IMG/VR virus record: IMGVR_UViG_3300039000_000007
Coordinates: 1-53,629 of that record
Direction: 5' to 3' (one strand)
DNA: 53,629 bases
Origin: a virus
Lineage: Duplodnaviria > Caudoviricetes
The notes under the pieces: generated by a model
Databases searched by the model: none
The model's input: only the letters and a program-made list of their open reading frames with translations
Told to the model about the DNA's origin: nothing
Shown: piece by piece, positions 10,208 through 19,183 of the stretch
Layout: each line of letters opens with the position of its first letter
Numbering within the stretch: position 1 is the first letter of the stretch
Translations under genes and position numbers: made by a program

Positions 10208-10893
10208 TTTATTCTCTCTCCGCGTGGTTTATCTACCGAGAAGACTCTCGACTTTTTCTTCGCTTTATTCGGGTTGACAGCGGCAAGGAAGAGATCAATC
10301 TCATACACACCTGTACGGCCAGCCTGAAGGAAGTTTAGGGGGTCAAGGACGGTCATGCTTTCACCTTGACGGGTGATCTGGGTTGTGATCCGCTGAGGCA
10401 AGGAGCACTCAGTAGAGTCATTAGCTGCCCAGATAAGTTCATTGGCTAGACGCAACGCTGCGCGTTTTCCAGCGGCTGGGATGGGCGTTCCGTATGTGTA
10501 TGAGACAGTCAGGTCATAGAGGGGATCTAGAATCCACGGAACGGAATTGGCTCGGACGAGGTACGCATTGTTTCGCAATGTGTACTCTGTGGACGCCATA
10601 ACCGATCCTGCATGAATAACAGACTGTACAGACACAACAGGCGAGTTCCGCAGACGCAATTCACGTAGGCCAGCCTGAAGTGGTATATTTCTGATATCGC
10701 CATGCAATACAACTGGCTCCAGCTTCATCGGACTAAAGTATCCGGAACCGTAGCTCTCAGTTGTGGTCTGTACCCCAGTAAATTTCTCGCCAGAAAGCTT
10801 ATAAAGAATGAAGCTGGCAGTGGCAATGGCGTCGGCTGTATATGCACCAGCCGGTGCGACAGTATCCGTGGATTTGAGCCAAAGAATAGCCAT
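10204..10893 (-). CDS. Head-to-tail adaptor
   Basis: 229 aa; SYTYGTPIP, CSLPQR, ITRQG, TGVYEIDLFLAAVNP. Confidence 0.75.
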   Translation of the reverse strand: MAILWLKSTDTVAPAGAYTADAIATASFILYKLSGEKFTGVQTTTESYGSGYFSPMKLEPVVLHGDIRNIPLQAGLRELRLRNSPVVSVQSVIHAGSVMASTEYTLRNNAYLVRANSVPWILDPLYDLTVSYTYGTPIPAAGKRAALRLANELIWAANDSTECSLPQRITTQITRQGESMTVLDPLNFLQAGRTGVYEIDLFLAAVNPNKAKKKSRVFSVDKPRGERIN

Positions 10894-10940
10894 AATGCTC
10901 CCAAAGTTATTTGATCTAAGTATATCATGCGTACAAACAC

Positions 10941-10974
10941 TTCTGGCTGGTCCGAATATACGAACCAGCCAGAA
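10941..10974 (-). terminator. Hairpin after the major tail gene
   Basis: TTCTGGCTGGT / ACCAGCCAGAA 11-bp inverted repeat. Confidence 0.65.
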
Positions 10975-10992
10975 TTTGATATTGAGTTGTAA

Positions 10993-11643
10993 TTACGGGG
11001 TTGTTGCTACGTAACCTGAGCCACCAGAAGGGACGGTCGGGATAGATGCCGTGCGAGCGTAAGCATATGCACGGTCAGTAATCCACGGCCACGTTGGAGT
11101 GTTACCAGAGCCGAGACCGAAGAGAGGGTTTCCTACACCCCAACCTGCGAATTCAGTCATAAGCACACCTTCGGCAATGGTCTTGTCGCCGGTACCCTGT
11201 ACAACGGTGTATGGCAGGAGCCAATGCCAGTACGGGTTCACAGCGGCTGGACGGCCATTCAGAATTGCCTTGGACCAGACCTCGATTGCCACACCGTTTG
11301 GTGTGGCGTTCTCACCAATGTTTGGTGCAGCATACCCCTGAGAAGCCCCAAGGATAACACCGCCTGAGATAATTTCGGTGAGTTCCGGGTCAGGGTTCTC
11401 CACGCCAACCGTGAGGTTGACGCGCTTGAGTGTGTTGGGAGTCTTGTAGGCGATACCGATGGTACCGTCTGCAAGCTTCTGGGTGATGTCGATTCCTGCT
11501 TCGTACTCCGGGGTAATCTTGACGGAGATGAAGGCACGGGTGACGAATGAGGCGCTAGGGCCTGAGGCTGTGGAGCCGTCAGCGTTGAGGCGGGTGATAC
11601 GAATCACGGAGCCCGAAATACTGGCGCTTTTATCGTAAGCCAT
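10993..11643 (-). CDS. Major tail (tube) protein
   Basis: 216 aa; IRITRL, PEYEAG, GVAIEVWS, YWHWLLP; synteny. Confidence 0.75.
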   Translation of the reverse strand: MAYDKSASISGSVIRITRLNADGSTASGPSASFVTRAFISVKITPEYEAGIDITQKLADGTIGIAYKTPNTLKRVNLTVGVENPDPELTEIISGGVILGASQGYAAPNIGENATPNGVAIEVWSKAILNGRPAAVNPYWHWLLPYTVVQGTGDKTIAEGVLMTEFAGWGVGNPLFGLGSGNTPTWPWITDRAYAYARTASIPTVPSGGSGYVATTP

Positions 11644-11662
11644 TATGAATCCTTCCTAAAAT

Positions 11663-12529
11663 TTAGGCGTAGTCTAGTGATAGATCGATGAGTACTGCAT
11701 AGACGTTTGTGGTAGACCATGTGACAGCTGCTGGACGATCGACGTAATACTTGATAGTGTTTACACGAGTATCGACAGCCTGTGACACCTCGCCGGGTGT
11801 GACATTCATGTCACCAAGGATGACCGTTACTGGTCCGGTGGCGTACACCCAGTACTGGTTGGCACCGGCTGCAACCCCTGTGGGGCCGAGCTTGGAGTAT
11901 CCTGTTCCTGCAACTACGGTGTTCCCCAGCTTGGTGAAGAGGGCGTTCTTATCCTCTTCGAGCTTGAGAATCCCAGCCACGGCACGAGGTGCGTGGATTG
12001 TTCCGACAGAGCCGATGGTTGCGTCCCCAAGAGCACCCTCAAGGAGGGCCAGCCCGTAGCGTGGCTTGACAGCCGTACCCGGAGTGGGAGTCACATCAAC
12101 CGATTTGGTATTGGCGAGGTAGCGGTTGTCGTTGGTCTCCGTGAGAAGCTTAGCGATCCCGCCGCCCCAGAACTCCGTTTCAATGGCCTTCTGTGTGACA
12201 ATGTCCAGAGCCTTTTTGGCGCTGTCTTCGATTTCCTGCGGCGTCACACCAAGAGTCGAGTGCTCGACCTCAGCTTCAACATCGAAGGGGAAGTATTTGC
12301 CGAAAGTGTTGCCGGTGTTTGCAACAATGCTGACGATCTCGGCGGGAGTATCCGCGCCGAGAATCACAGCATTGTCTACCTTGATACGGGCATCCGCGAT
12401 TTCATAATCGAAAGCGGAAAGCCAGTAATCATCATGACGTTCTATAACAGTAGTAGCTGGACTCAAAATCCCAAACGGAGAAGCCTCTGGTCCGGTCGTC
12501 TCAATAAGAGTGTTTGTCGGTCTTACCAT
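11663..12529 (-). CDS. Major capsid pentamer-type protein
   Basis: 288 aa directly after the large capsid gene. Motifs GTIHAP, TKLGNTVVAGTGY and WVYATGPV resemble pentamer proteins of two-capsid-protein actinophages. Confidence 0.7.
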   Translation of the reverse strand: MVRPTNTLIETTGPEASPFGILSPATTVIERHDDYWLSAFDYEIADARIKVDNAVILGADTPAEIVSIVANTGNTFGKYFPFDVEAEVEHSTLGVTPQEIEDSAKKALDIVTQKAIETEFWGGGIAKLLTETNDNRYLANTKSVDVTPTPGTAVKPRYGLALLEGALGDATIGSVGTIHAPRAVAGILKLEEDKNALFTKLGNTVVAGTGYSKLGPTGVAAGANQYWVYATGPVTVILGDMNVTPGEVSQAVDTRVNTIKYYVDRPAAVTWSTTNVYAVLIDLSLDYA

Positions 12530-12581
12530 TTTATTTCTCCGATGGAATTTCGAGTCCAGCTACTGTTACTTTGTTGATCTA

Positions 12582-14726
12582 CTACGGGGAGACTACGGTC
12601 GTAGTTGCGGAAGCGGAGCCCTTGAGTGCCAGTGCGCTTGTGACGCGTAGGGACTCGACGCCGACCTTTGCAACGCCTTCGAAGGTCTCAAGGAAGATCT
12701 TGTAGTCGTTGGTGCCGTTGAGTGTGGAGTCGCGCACGAGGCCGAGGTCCAGAGTTCCTGCATCGAGGAAGAGGAATGTACCTTCGGAGAAGAGGTACCA
12801 AACAACTGTGGTCGGGAATGCAAGCAGTGCCGCGTTGTTGTCCTGTGTGCCGAAGATCTGGCCTGTCTCGCCATCGATGTGCCAAGACACGTTGATGGAG
12901 CGAGTGGCGAACCAAGCGTTGATCTCAGCTTCTGCGAGGTTGAAGGTACCTTCGCGTCCGTCGCCCGGGAGCTGCTTGATCAGGTCGGCACGAAGTGCGT
13001 TCTTGAACCAAGTTGGGAAGATAACGCGCAGTGGTGCGTTCTCGTCCAGACGGTAGCGGGAGCGGTACGCTGCTGCGGCGCGGTCAAGCTGGCCGAAGAT
13101 GTCGCGTGCGGCACCGAGCTCTGCAGCGGCTGTGACCTGTGTGGACAGGGCACCGATGCGGGTGAGCAGGCGGGTCTCGGCGTAACGTGCGTGCCAAACC
13201 ATACCAAGCTTGGTGTGACGCTCTACGAGCTCTGGGTATGCGCGGGCTCCGAGGTTACCGAAGGTCAGGCAGAGAGGGATCGCGTCTACGTAGACGACGA
13301 TTTCTGTACCAGCTGCAACGCGGATACATGGCTTGACTGGGTCCGGTGCGCCGTCGGTGCCTGCGTCGATGTCGTCCTGTAGGGTCCACAGGGAGACAGA
13401 GCCGTTGAGGTCCGTAAGGAGCGGCGGAGTCATGAAGCGGATACCGCCACGGTCGGCACCGAAGACAGCGAGGGCGTCCTTGACCGGGCGGTCAAGTGTC
13501 TCACCGAGTTCGAAGATGTCGTAGGAGGTCTCCACAGGTGCGGTCAGACCACCGGCAGCGGTGATGGCTTCAGCGGAAATAACGCTTTCAACCTTGGCGC
13601 GGTTGCCTTCGAAGTCCGAGGCGTTGAGGAAACGAGCCTCAGGGAAGTCCGTCTTGAAGGAAGCGACGAGCGACTGCTCTCCGTCTCCACCAGAGGTCTT
13701 GCCCATGGACTTCTTGCGCTCAAGAAGAGCGGAAGCCACAGCGGCGATGTCAGGAAGCAGGCTTCCCATTGGGATGCCCTTGATGTCAGCACCAGCGGTA
13801 ATAGTTACCGGGGCAGACAGGCGAGCGGTAGTTGGGGCAAGATCTGCCGGAGCTTGGAATTCAAGCCCTTCTGGAGTTGCTGAGGCAGTCACAGGATCCT
13901 CTTTCTCAATTTCGTCCGATGCGAGTTCAGCGTCGGTAGTTGTGGGGTCGGTTGCAGCTAGCTCTTTGGCTTCGTCTGCGGGTACTTCTTCGGTTGCTGC
14001 TTCGGACTCTTTAGGTGCATCTTCAACAGTCGGATCTGCATCGGCGGCAAGACTTGCAATCTTCTTCTTGTCTTCGTCGGTCAGGTCAGGCTCAGCATCT
14101 GCGCTGTCAGTCTCTTCGCCACCACCGGCTGCATCATCTTCAGCGGACGGGTCCGCTGCTGGTGCATCTGTGGGGGCTACAGGCTCAGCGTCAGGGGCTG
14201 GCGTAGCGTCATCGGCAACTGCGGCTGGGGCATCTTCCGGGGCAGTCTCGGCATCCTTCGCAGGAGCAGTGGCAGCGGCAGCAGTGGGGTCTTCCACGGG
14301 TGCGTCTGTCTCGACTACTGGAGGCTGCTCGGCAGCTTCGGTTGGGTCCTCAGGATCCTCGGTGGCGTCGGGTGTTTCGGCGTCATCAGTGGTTCCAGCA
14401 GGTGCTTCAGTGTCGTCGGTGTCCGGCTCTCCGTTGCCCTCAGGGTCAACGTCACCGTCTCCATCGTCATCCGTGTCCTTGCTCATACGAGCAACTGCGT
14501 CAGCAGCAGCCTGTGCAAGTTGTGCGGATTCGGCGCTACGGCTCTCGCGTTCGGAACGGACTGCGTCCGCTGCGTCTGCAAGAGCGATCATGTTGGTTAC
14601 AACTTCACGAGTCGGGTCTTGCGATTGAACCGTCTTGAACTCTGATACAACAGAGTTTTCTAGTGCGTCGAGCTCATCATCCGAAAGGTCGGAGATTTTG
14701 TCTAGGCTTTCACGGATCTGATCCAC
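12582..14726 (-). CDS. Major capsid hexamer protein with acidic scaffold-like N-terminal extension
   Basis: 714 aa with GTG start and AAGGAGG RBS. About 300 aa of acidic low-complexity N-terminus precede the capsid domain (AITAAGG, RGGIRF, GTLDLGLVRDSTLNGTNDY..F.ETFEG). Confidence 0.85.
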   Translation of the reverse strand: MDQIRESLDKISDLSDDELDALENSVVSEFKTVQSQDPTREVVTNMIALADAADAVRSERESRSAESAQLAQAAADAVARMSKDTDDDGDGDVDPEGNGEPDTDDTEAPAGTTDDAETPDATEDPEDPTEAAEQPPVVETDAPVEDPTAAAATAPAKDAETAPEDAPAAVADDATPAPDAEPVAPTDAPAADPSAEDDAAGGGEETDSADAEPDLTDEDKKKIASLAADADPTVEDAPKESEAATEEVPADEAKELAATDPTTTDAELASDEIEKEDPVTASATPEGLEFQAPADLAPTTARLSAPVTITAGADIKGIPMGSLLPDIAAVASALLERKKSMGKTSGGDGEQSLVASFKTDFPEARFLNASDFEGNRAKVESVISAEAITAAGGLTAPVETSYDIFELGETLDRPVKDALAVFGADRGGIRFMTPPLLTDLNGSVSLWTLQDDIDAGTDGAPDPVKPCIRVAAGTEIVVYVDAIPLCLTFGNLGARAYPELVERHTKLGMVWHARYAETRLLTRIGALSTQVTAAAELGAARDIFGQLDRAAAAYRSRYRLDENAPLRVIFPTWFKNALRADLIKQLPGDGREGTFNLAEAEINAWFATRSINVSWHIDGETGQIFGTQDNNAALLAFPTTVVWYLFSEGTFLFLDAGTLDLGLVRDSTLNGTNDYKIFLETFEGVAKVGVESLRVTSALALKGSASATTTVVSP

Positions 14727-14896
14727 AGGGTCCCTCCTTAGATTTCATTTAGAGATAAGCAAATTACTTATCGTGTATAAATTCAGTCTCTATGGCAGCA
14801 AGGGCAGGATCATCGTGTGATTTGCGCTCAGTATTGATATCAGTATATCATGCAAAAAATGGGGTGTGTATGTTTAGTTAATCCGTTTAGATACAA

Positions 14897-14918
14897 GAAA
14901 AGCCCCATTTCTGGGGCT
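14897..14918 (-). terminator. Rho-independent terminator after the protease gene
   Basis: Minus strand AGCCCCAGAAATGGGGCT followed by TTTC. Confidence 0.6.
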
Positions 14919-14937
14919 CATCATTGTTTAGCGATTA

Positions 14938-16467
14938 CTATTCTCCACCAGCTCCGAGAACGCGCTTTCGGAGCGACTCCATCTGGGCGGCTAGGTCGGC
15001 GTCCGCCGAGGCGAGGACAGGTTGCATACGGTCACGCGCACTCGCTGCGAGGGCAGCAAGTTCGGTGTTCTTGGTAGTGATCAGAGGGTTGAGGCGGCTC
15101 AGGGCCTCTTCACGCTTAGCGCTCAGCTCTGCAGCTTCGATGGCATCAAGACGTGCTGAGAGTTCGTCAAGTTTCGAGTACTCTGCAGTAGGTAGTGCAC
15201 CAGCCGCCACAAGAGCCTGAATCTGGCCACCGGCCACGAGAACCTGCGGGCGGGCGATCGGGAATCCGGGAACGTTGACAGAGCATACAGCAACAAGCTC
15301 CAGCTTGCCGTTGATCGGACGCCAGTCACCGGACTGGGCAGAAGCACGGAAAGCACGTACCTGATTGGGGGTGACATCTGGGCGCAAGGATCCGGCAACC
15401 CAGATGCCGTGCTGATCTTCTCCGGCAGTCACGTCAGCTACCGCAGAGCGGGTGTCGTCGTAGTGTTTGATAGCCTCATTGGCAGAGGCCTGCATGGACG
15501 CGTGACCGCCTGTAAGCGTCAGCTGGCCTACGCGTACATCCTCGCCGGAATCAGTGCGCAGCAGGCCTTTACGGAAGTATGCGTAGTTGGATTGCGAACG
15601 CGGCGGACGGGTTGCGCGGGGCAGCCCGATATGTGTAGAGTTCCATGTGGCGACGTGGCCAAAGACATGTCCGTCATCCGTGACGGTCAGGGGCTGTGGT
15701 TCGCGGAGCTTCGGGTTCTCGAACCATGCCTTGGGCGGGACAAGAGGGGCAGCAGAGGCGGCAAGTGCTGCCAGCTCGTTGTCCATGTCATCGAGAGTGT
15801 CCTCATAGAGACCGTCTGGGACAGTGTCGTCCCCGGTGTCCATGGTTGCTGGTTGTTCAATCATGATAAGGCACTCCTCAAAGGCGGGCTTCGGTACGAT
15901 GGTGATGCCCATTAGACGGGCCTTACTGATGTTGATTTCTTTGCTCTTGATGGTGGTAAGCTCGGACTCTTCGGTGTCTTCAGGGTCCTTGGCGGCTGTA
16001 CCTTCGAACTTGTCGAGATCTGCTGATACACCACGAAGAAAACCATTACGCACCATGCGCTCGGCTTCGCGACCGTAGGGGCCTACATCGAAGACACCTT
16101 TTGCGTTGCCGAGGCCGTCAGGGGTGCGCTCGATGCTGTCGATACGTCCGACCACAACGGAGCCATCATGGCCGGGGCCGGTCTTGATCTGCCACATCAG
16201 AGCCAGTGGCATGTTGCGCGCGGACAGTGACTCCTCATCGAACTGGCGTCCGTCACCGGATTCTACACCCTCAGGCAGTGCGAGAGGGATGACAAACTTT
16301 GCGCCGAAGGCAATACCAGAAGGGTCCACGTCGGCAGCGGACTGTGGGATATCCATACCGGTGTCTTCAAGGAAACTGGCGGCAGCGGTGATGGCCAGCT
16401 CGATGATCTTTTCATCAAAGTCTATCGAAGAAAAAAGATCTTCAGAGATTGGTGAGTAAATTTTCAT
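14938..16467 (-). CDS. Capsid maturation (prohead) protease
   Basis: 509 aa upstream of the capsid gene. GHDGSVVVGRID, LRGVSAD and GITIVPKPAF match HK97-type protease motifs. The true start may be downstream. Confidence 0.75.
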   Translation of the reverse strand: MKIYSPISEDLFSSIDFDEKIIELAITAAASFLEDTGMDIPQSAADVDPSGIAFGAKFVIPLALPEGVESGDGRQFDEESLSARNMPLALMWQIKTGPGHDGSVVVGRIDSIERTPDGLGNAKGVFDVGPYGREAERMVRNGFLRGVSADLDKFEGTAAKDPEDTEESELTTIKSKEINISKARLMGITIVPKPAFEECLIMIEQPATMDTGDDTVPDGLYEDTLDDMDNELAALAASAAPLVPPKAWFENPKLREPQPLTVTDDGHVFGHVATWNSTHIGLPRATRPPRSQSNYAYFRKGLLRTDSGEDVRVGQLTLTGGHASMQASANEAIKHYDDTRSAVADVTAGEDQHGIWVAGSLRPDVTPNQVRAFRASAQSGDWRPINGKLELVAVCSVNVPGFPIARPQVLVAGGQIQALVAAGALPTAEYSKLDELSARLDAIEAAELSAKREEALSRLNPLITTKNTELAALAASARDRMQPVLASADADLAAQMESLRKRVLGAGGE

Positions 16468-16474
16468 AGTGTTT

Positions 16475-18523
16475 CTACCTCTGGCCAGTCAGCTTGTCGT
16501 GTTTGGCATTTGACATACCAAACAGTGCCTTGTGATAATTCTGAGCTAAACCCCAAGCCATGACCGGGCCAACGAACTTAGCCAAATGAGTGTGTGCACG
16601 GCTCAGGTCTCCGGGCGTACCCCACCTGATCTTCAAGGCTCCTTTGCCATGAATCCAGTACTCCTTCAACTTTTCAGCCCCTTTGGCTCCCTTGACAGGG
16701 TGACCGGTTGCGACAATGACATCGCCGTACTCACTGAAGAGTGGGGACTCGGCTGCGAAAGCCTCACCCTCTTCAACAGCCGAAAGGGTACGCCAGTCTA
16801 CGGGAAGAAGGTCCCTGCGGTTCAGAGCTGTGGCACGTGTGCGGATGATCCGCTTTGCAATACTCTGTGTCTCAGTGGTTAGGGTGTCGAAAGTTGATAC
16901 TGCAGCAACAATATCATTCTCATCGTAGATGCCGAGATCTGTGCCGGGGACGGCGAACCCTGCTGCGGTCACTGGGGCCTCGGTCGGGACGGCGACTGCA
17001 GGCATGTCCGCTTTGCTTCCGTCGGAGGCATCGACCTGTGCAAGAACTGTCTTGGCAGGTTCAGGGGACGTGAGTTCAATAATAGGTGGCGGTGTCGGGC
17101 CGGTAAGCTTGGCCAGCGTTGCCGGATCATTCTTCCATGCACCGCCTGTGCGGACCCATGCCTGTGGGTTACCTGTGGAGTCCTTGACAATCGCAATGGC
17201 GTCCAGAACAGCTGTGGTGTCAGTTGCATCTACAATCGCAAAGTAGAGTGCGGCCCCGGTAGGATCACCTGTGGGGGCGTCAGCCGTCGCGTTAGTCGAG
17301 ACCGGTGCAGAAGTCGAGTCAAGCGTAGTAGGGGCCGCAGGGTTGGGTGCAGCGGCTGTGACAGGGTCAGTAGCCGGAACAGCTGTAGACTCATCCGTCG
17401 CCTGTGCGTCCGCTAGGAACTGCTGGATGCGAGCCGCGACATCGACAACCAGTGGGGGGTTATCGGACAGCTTTGCCTTCTTAAAGGCCTGTAGCTTGGA
17501 GCCCTGTGCCACCTGTCGGCCACCGAAAGTGCCACCCGGGCCACGGATCTGGCGCTTGGCATTGAGGCTGCGCTCTGCCGGAGTATATCCCGTGGCGTCT
17601 GCAATGATTGCCCCACGGCGGTCAAGGTCTTCATAGTCTAGCTCTGACTGCCCCAGAGCGAAGAGGCTGCGCTCTTCAGCATTGAAGTCTAGGACGTCGT
17701 GTGAGGAGGTCGGGTCAGACTGTAGCATTAGCGCAAGAGTCTGGGCTGTCTCGTTGTCAAGTGGGACGATCTGGGGTTCATCGACATCATCGATTTGTGC
17801 CTCGGTTGGTTCGAACTCATTACCGTTCCAGATCAACACCTCATGCGTATCAAAGTCAACTGCAATGAGTGTGTGTACTTCTGTGCTGTTCGGGTCTGTG
17901 CCGATTCCGTAGTAGCTATACTGGTCGCCATCGAAGACAGTAGGGTCATCCTGAACGTCACCCTGCGTGTCGCCACTATCCAGATCATCCGGCCCAAGGA
18001 TCTTGGATGCCCACTTCTGTCCTTTGAACCCACCGCGAAGTCGCTGTGGGGTGTCATACGCATCGAAGAAGTCACTCATCCACTGGACGTCCGGCATGCT
18101 GACCGCGTCATCAAAAGCGAGTGCTCGGGCGTGGCGGAGGTCTTCTTCCGGGAGATCTGCAGATGCGCTGAGTGCAGCCTGAATCTCTTCCTTGACCGCA
18201 GGCGGAACCCTATAAGTCTTAGCGGCTTCTTCGTGGACCTCAATGTCCTGAACTGGGGAGGCAAGCGCTGCCGTGATGGCAGTCACCTCTGTTGCTACAA
18301 CTCTACGCCACTGGGTATCTTTGGGTAGGTCATAATACCCACCAAGGCCTTCAAACAGTGGGTCACCGGTAGACGCCGATAATACGTCGAGGGTACCATT
18401 TTGACGTGCGACAACCACGGACTTGAGGTCTCTGGACACCCTGACTACCTGAGAGCTCTCAAGCCCGGATCTGTCCGCCTTGGCTGTATCAATCATTAAA
18501 AACCCATCACCACGTGTGAACAC
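16475..18523 (-). CDS. Multidomain head-associated protein
   Basis: 682 aa between the portal and protease genes. It has a C-terminal YW..GKG..KIRWGTPGD domain and an RA..L...DLLP.DW module, both seen in actinophage head proteins. Confidence 0.65.
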   Translation of the reverse strand: MFTRGDGFLMIDTAKADRSGLESSQVVRVSRDLKSVVVARQNGTLDVLSASTGDPLFEGLGGYYDLPKDTQWRRVVATEVTAITAALASPVQDIEVHEEAAKTYRVPPAVKEEIQAALSASADLPEEDLRHARALAFDDAVSMPDVQWMSDFFDAYDTPQRLRGGFKGQKWASKILGPDDLDSGDTQGDVQDDPTVFDGDQYSYYGIGTDPNSTEVHTLIAVDFDTHEVLIWNGNEFEPTEAQIDDVDEPQIVPLDNETAQTLALMLQSDPTSSHDVLDFNAEERSLFALGQSELDYEDLDRRGAIIADATGYTPAERSLNAKRQIRGPGGTFGGRQVAQGSKLQAFKKAKLSDNPPLVVDVAARIQQFLADAQATDESTAVPATDPVTAAAPNPAAPTTLDSTSAPVSTNATADAPTGDPTGAALYFAIVDATDTTAVLDAIAIVKDSTGNPQAWVRTGGAWKNDPATLAKLTGPTPPPIIELTSPEPAKTVLAQVDASDGSKADMPAVAVPTEAPVTAAGFAVPGTDLGIYDENDIVAAVSTFDTLTTETQSIAKRIIRTRATALNRRDLLPVDWRTLSAVEEGEAFAAESPLFSEYGDVIVATGHPVKGAKGAEKLKEYWIHGKGALKIRWGTPGDLSRAHTHLAKFVGPVMAWGLAQNYHKALFGMSNAKHDKLTGQR

Positions 18524-18548
18524 AACTATTCAGTTATTATATCATACA

Positions 18549-19145
18549 CTACTGTTGAGCAGAGGCCATCGGTAGGATATCGCTCTCCATCAGAGTTGAA
18601 CCGGACCCGGATGCGTCATCCCACATCTTGATCGCGGCGACGACGTCATCAGGATCTATATCGACAAGGTCCTTGTCTATAATGGTAGGGTGGTCTTCAC
18701 CCTCCAGCCGTGTCCACTGGATATTGTCACGGGCGTACATCTCCCCGTTCTCTGTCACGCGGATCAGGTCAAGGACCGTCCCGTCATCATCGATGGTGAA
18801 GGAGACGGTCTCGTCCGGGACGGTGTTGGGGGTGTAGGAATCAGACAAGGCAATCGCTTTCTTGGCAAAGTTCTGTAGAGACTCGACGTCTGGGAAGGTA
18901 CGGATCAGCTCTGGAAACACAGTTTTGGCGTCTTCAAGCTCGACAGGGCGGATGGAGTAGAAGGCATCGTACTGCTTGAAGGTTGTTTGTGACCCCTTCT
19001 GCGTTGCGTCCCACTCTGACAGATCCCACGCCCTCACGAGGTCATACGCCACGATGCCCTCATCGTCCCGTAGGTACCCAAAGGAGGGTATACCGTTGTG
19101 GTCAACGGTATAGACTGTATCCTGCTCAAACATATTTTCATTCAT
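18549..19145 (-). CDS. Hypothetical protein (acidic)
   Basis: 198 aa filling the gap in the head operon; TAGGAT lies 6 nt before the ATG (leaderless-type). Confidence 0.7.
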   Translation of the reverse strand: MNENMFEQDTVYTVDHNGIPSFGYLRDDEGIVAYDLVRAWDLSEWDATQKGSQTTFKQYDAFYSIRPVELEDAKTVFPELIRTFPDVESLQNFAKKAIALSDSYTPNTVPDETVSFTIDDDGTVLDLIRVTENGEMYARDNIQWTRLEGEDHPTIIDKDLVDIDPDDVVAAIKMWDDASGSGSTLMESDILPMASAQQ

Positions 19146-19183
19146 ACTAATATCCTACCATATGTACACTATTTTCAGAAGAC

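Noticed and set aside
13561-14628. 355-aa Ser/Ala-rich plus-strand ORF
   Set aside because: It is antisense to the low-complexity capsid N-terminus
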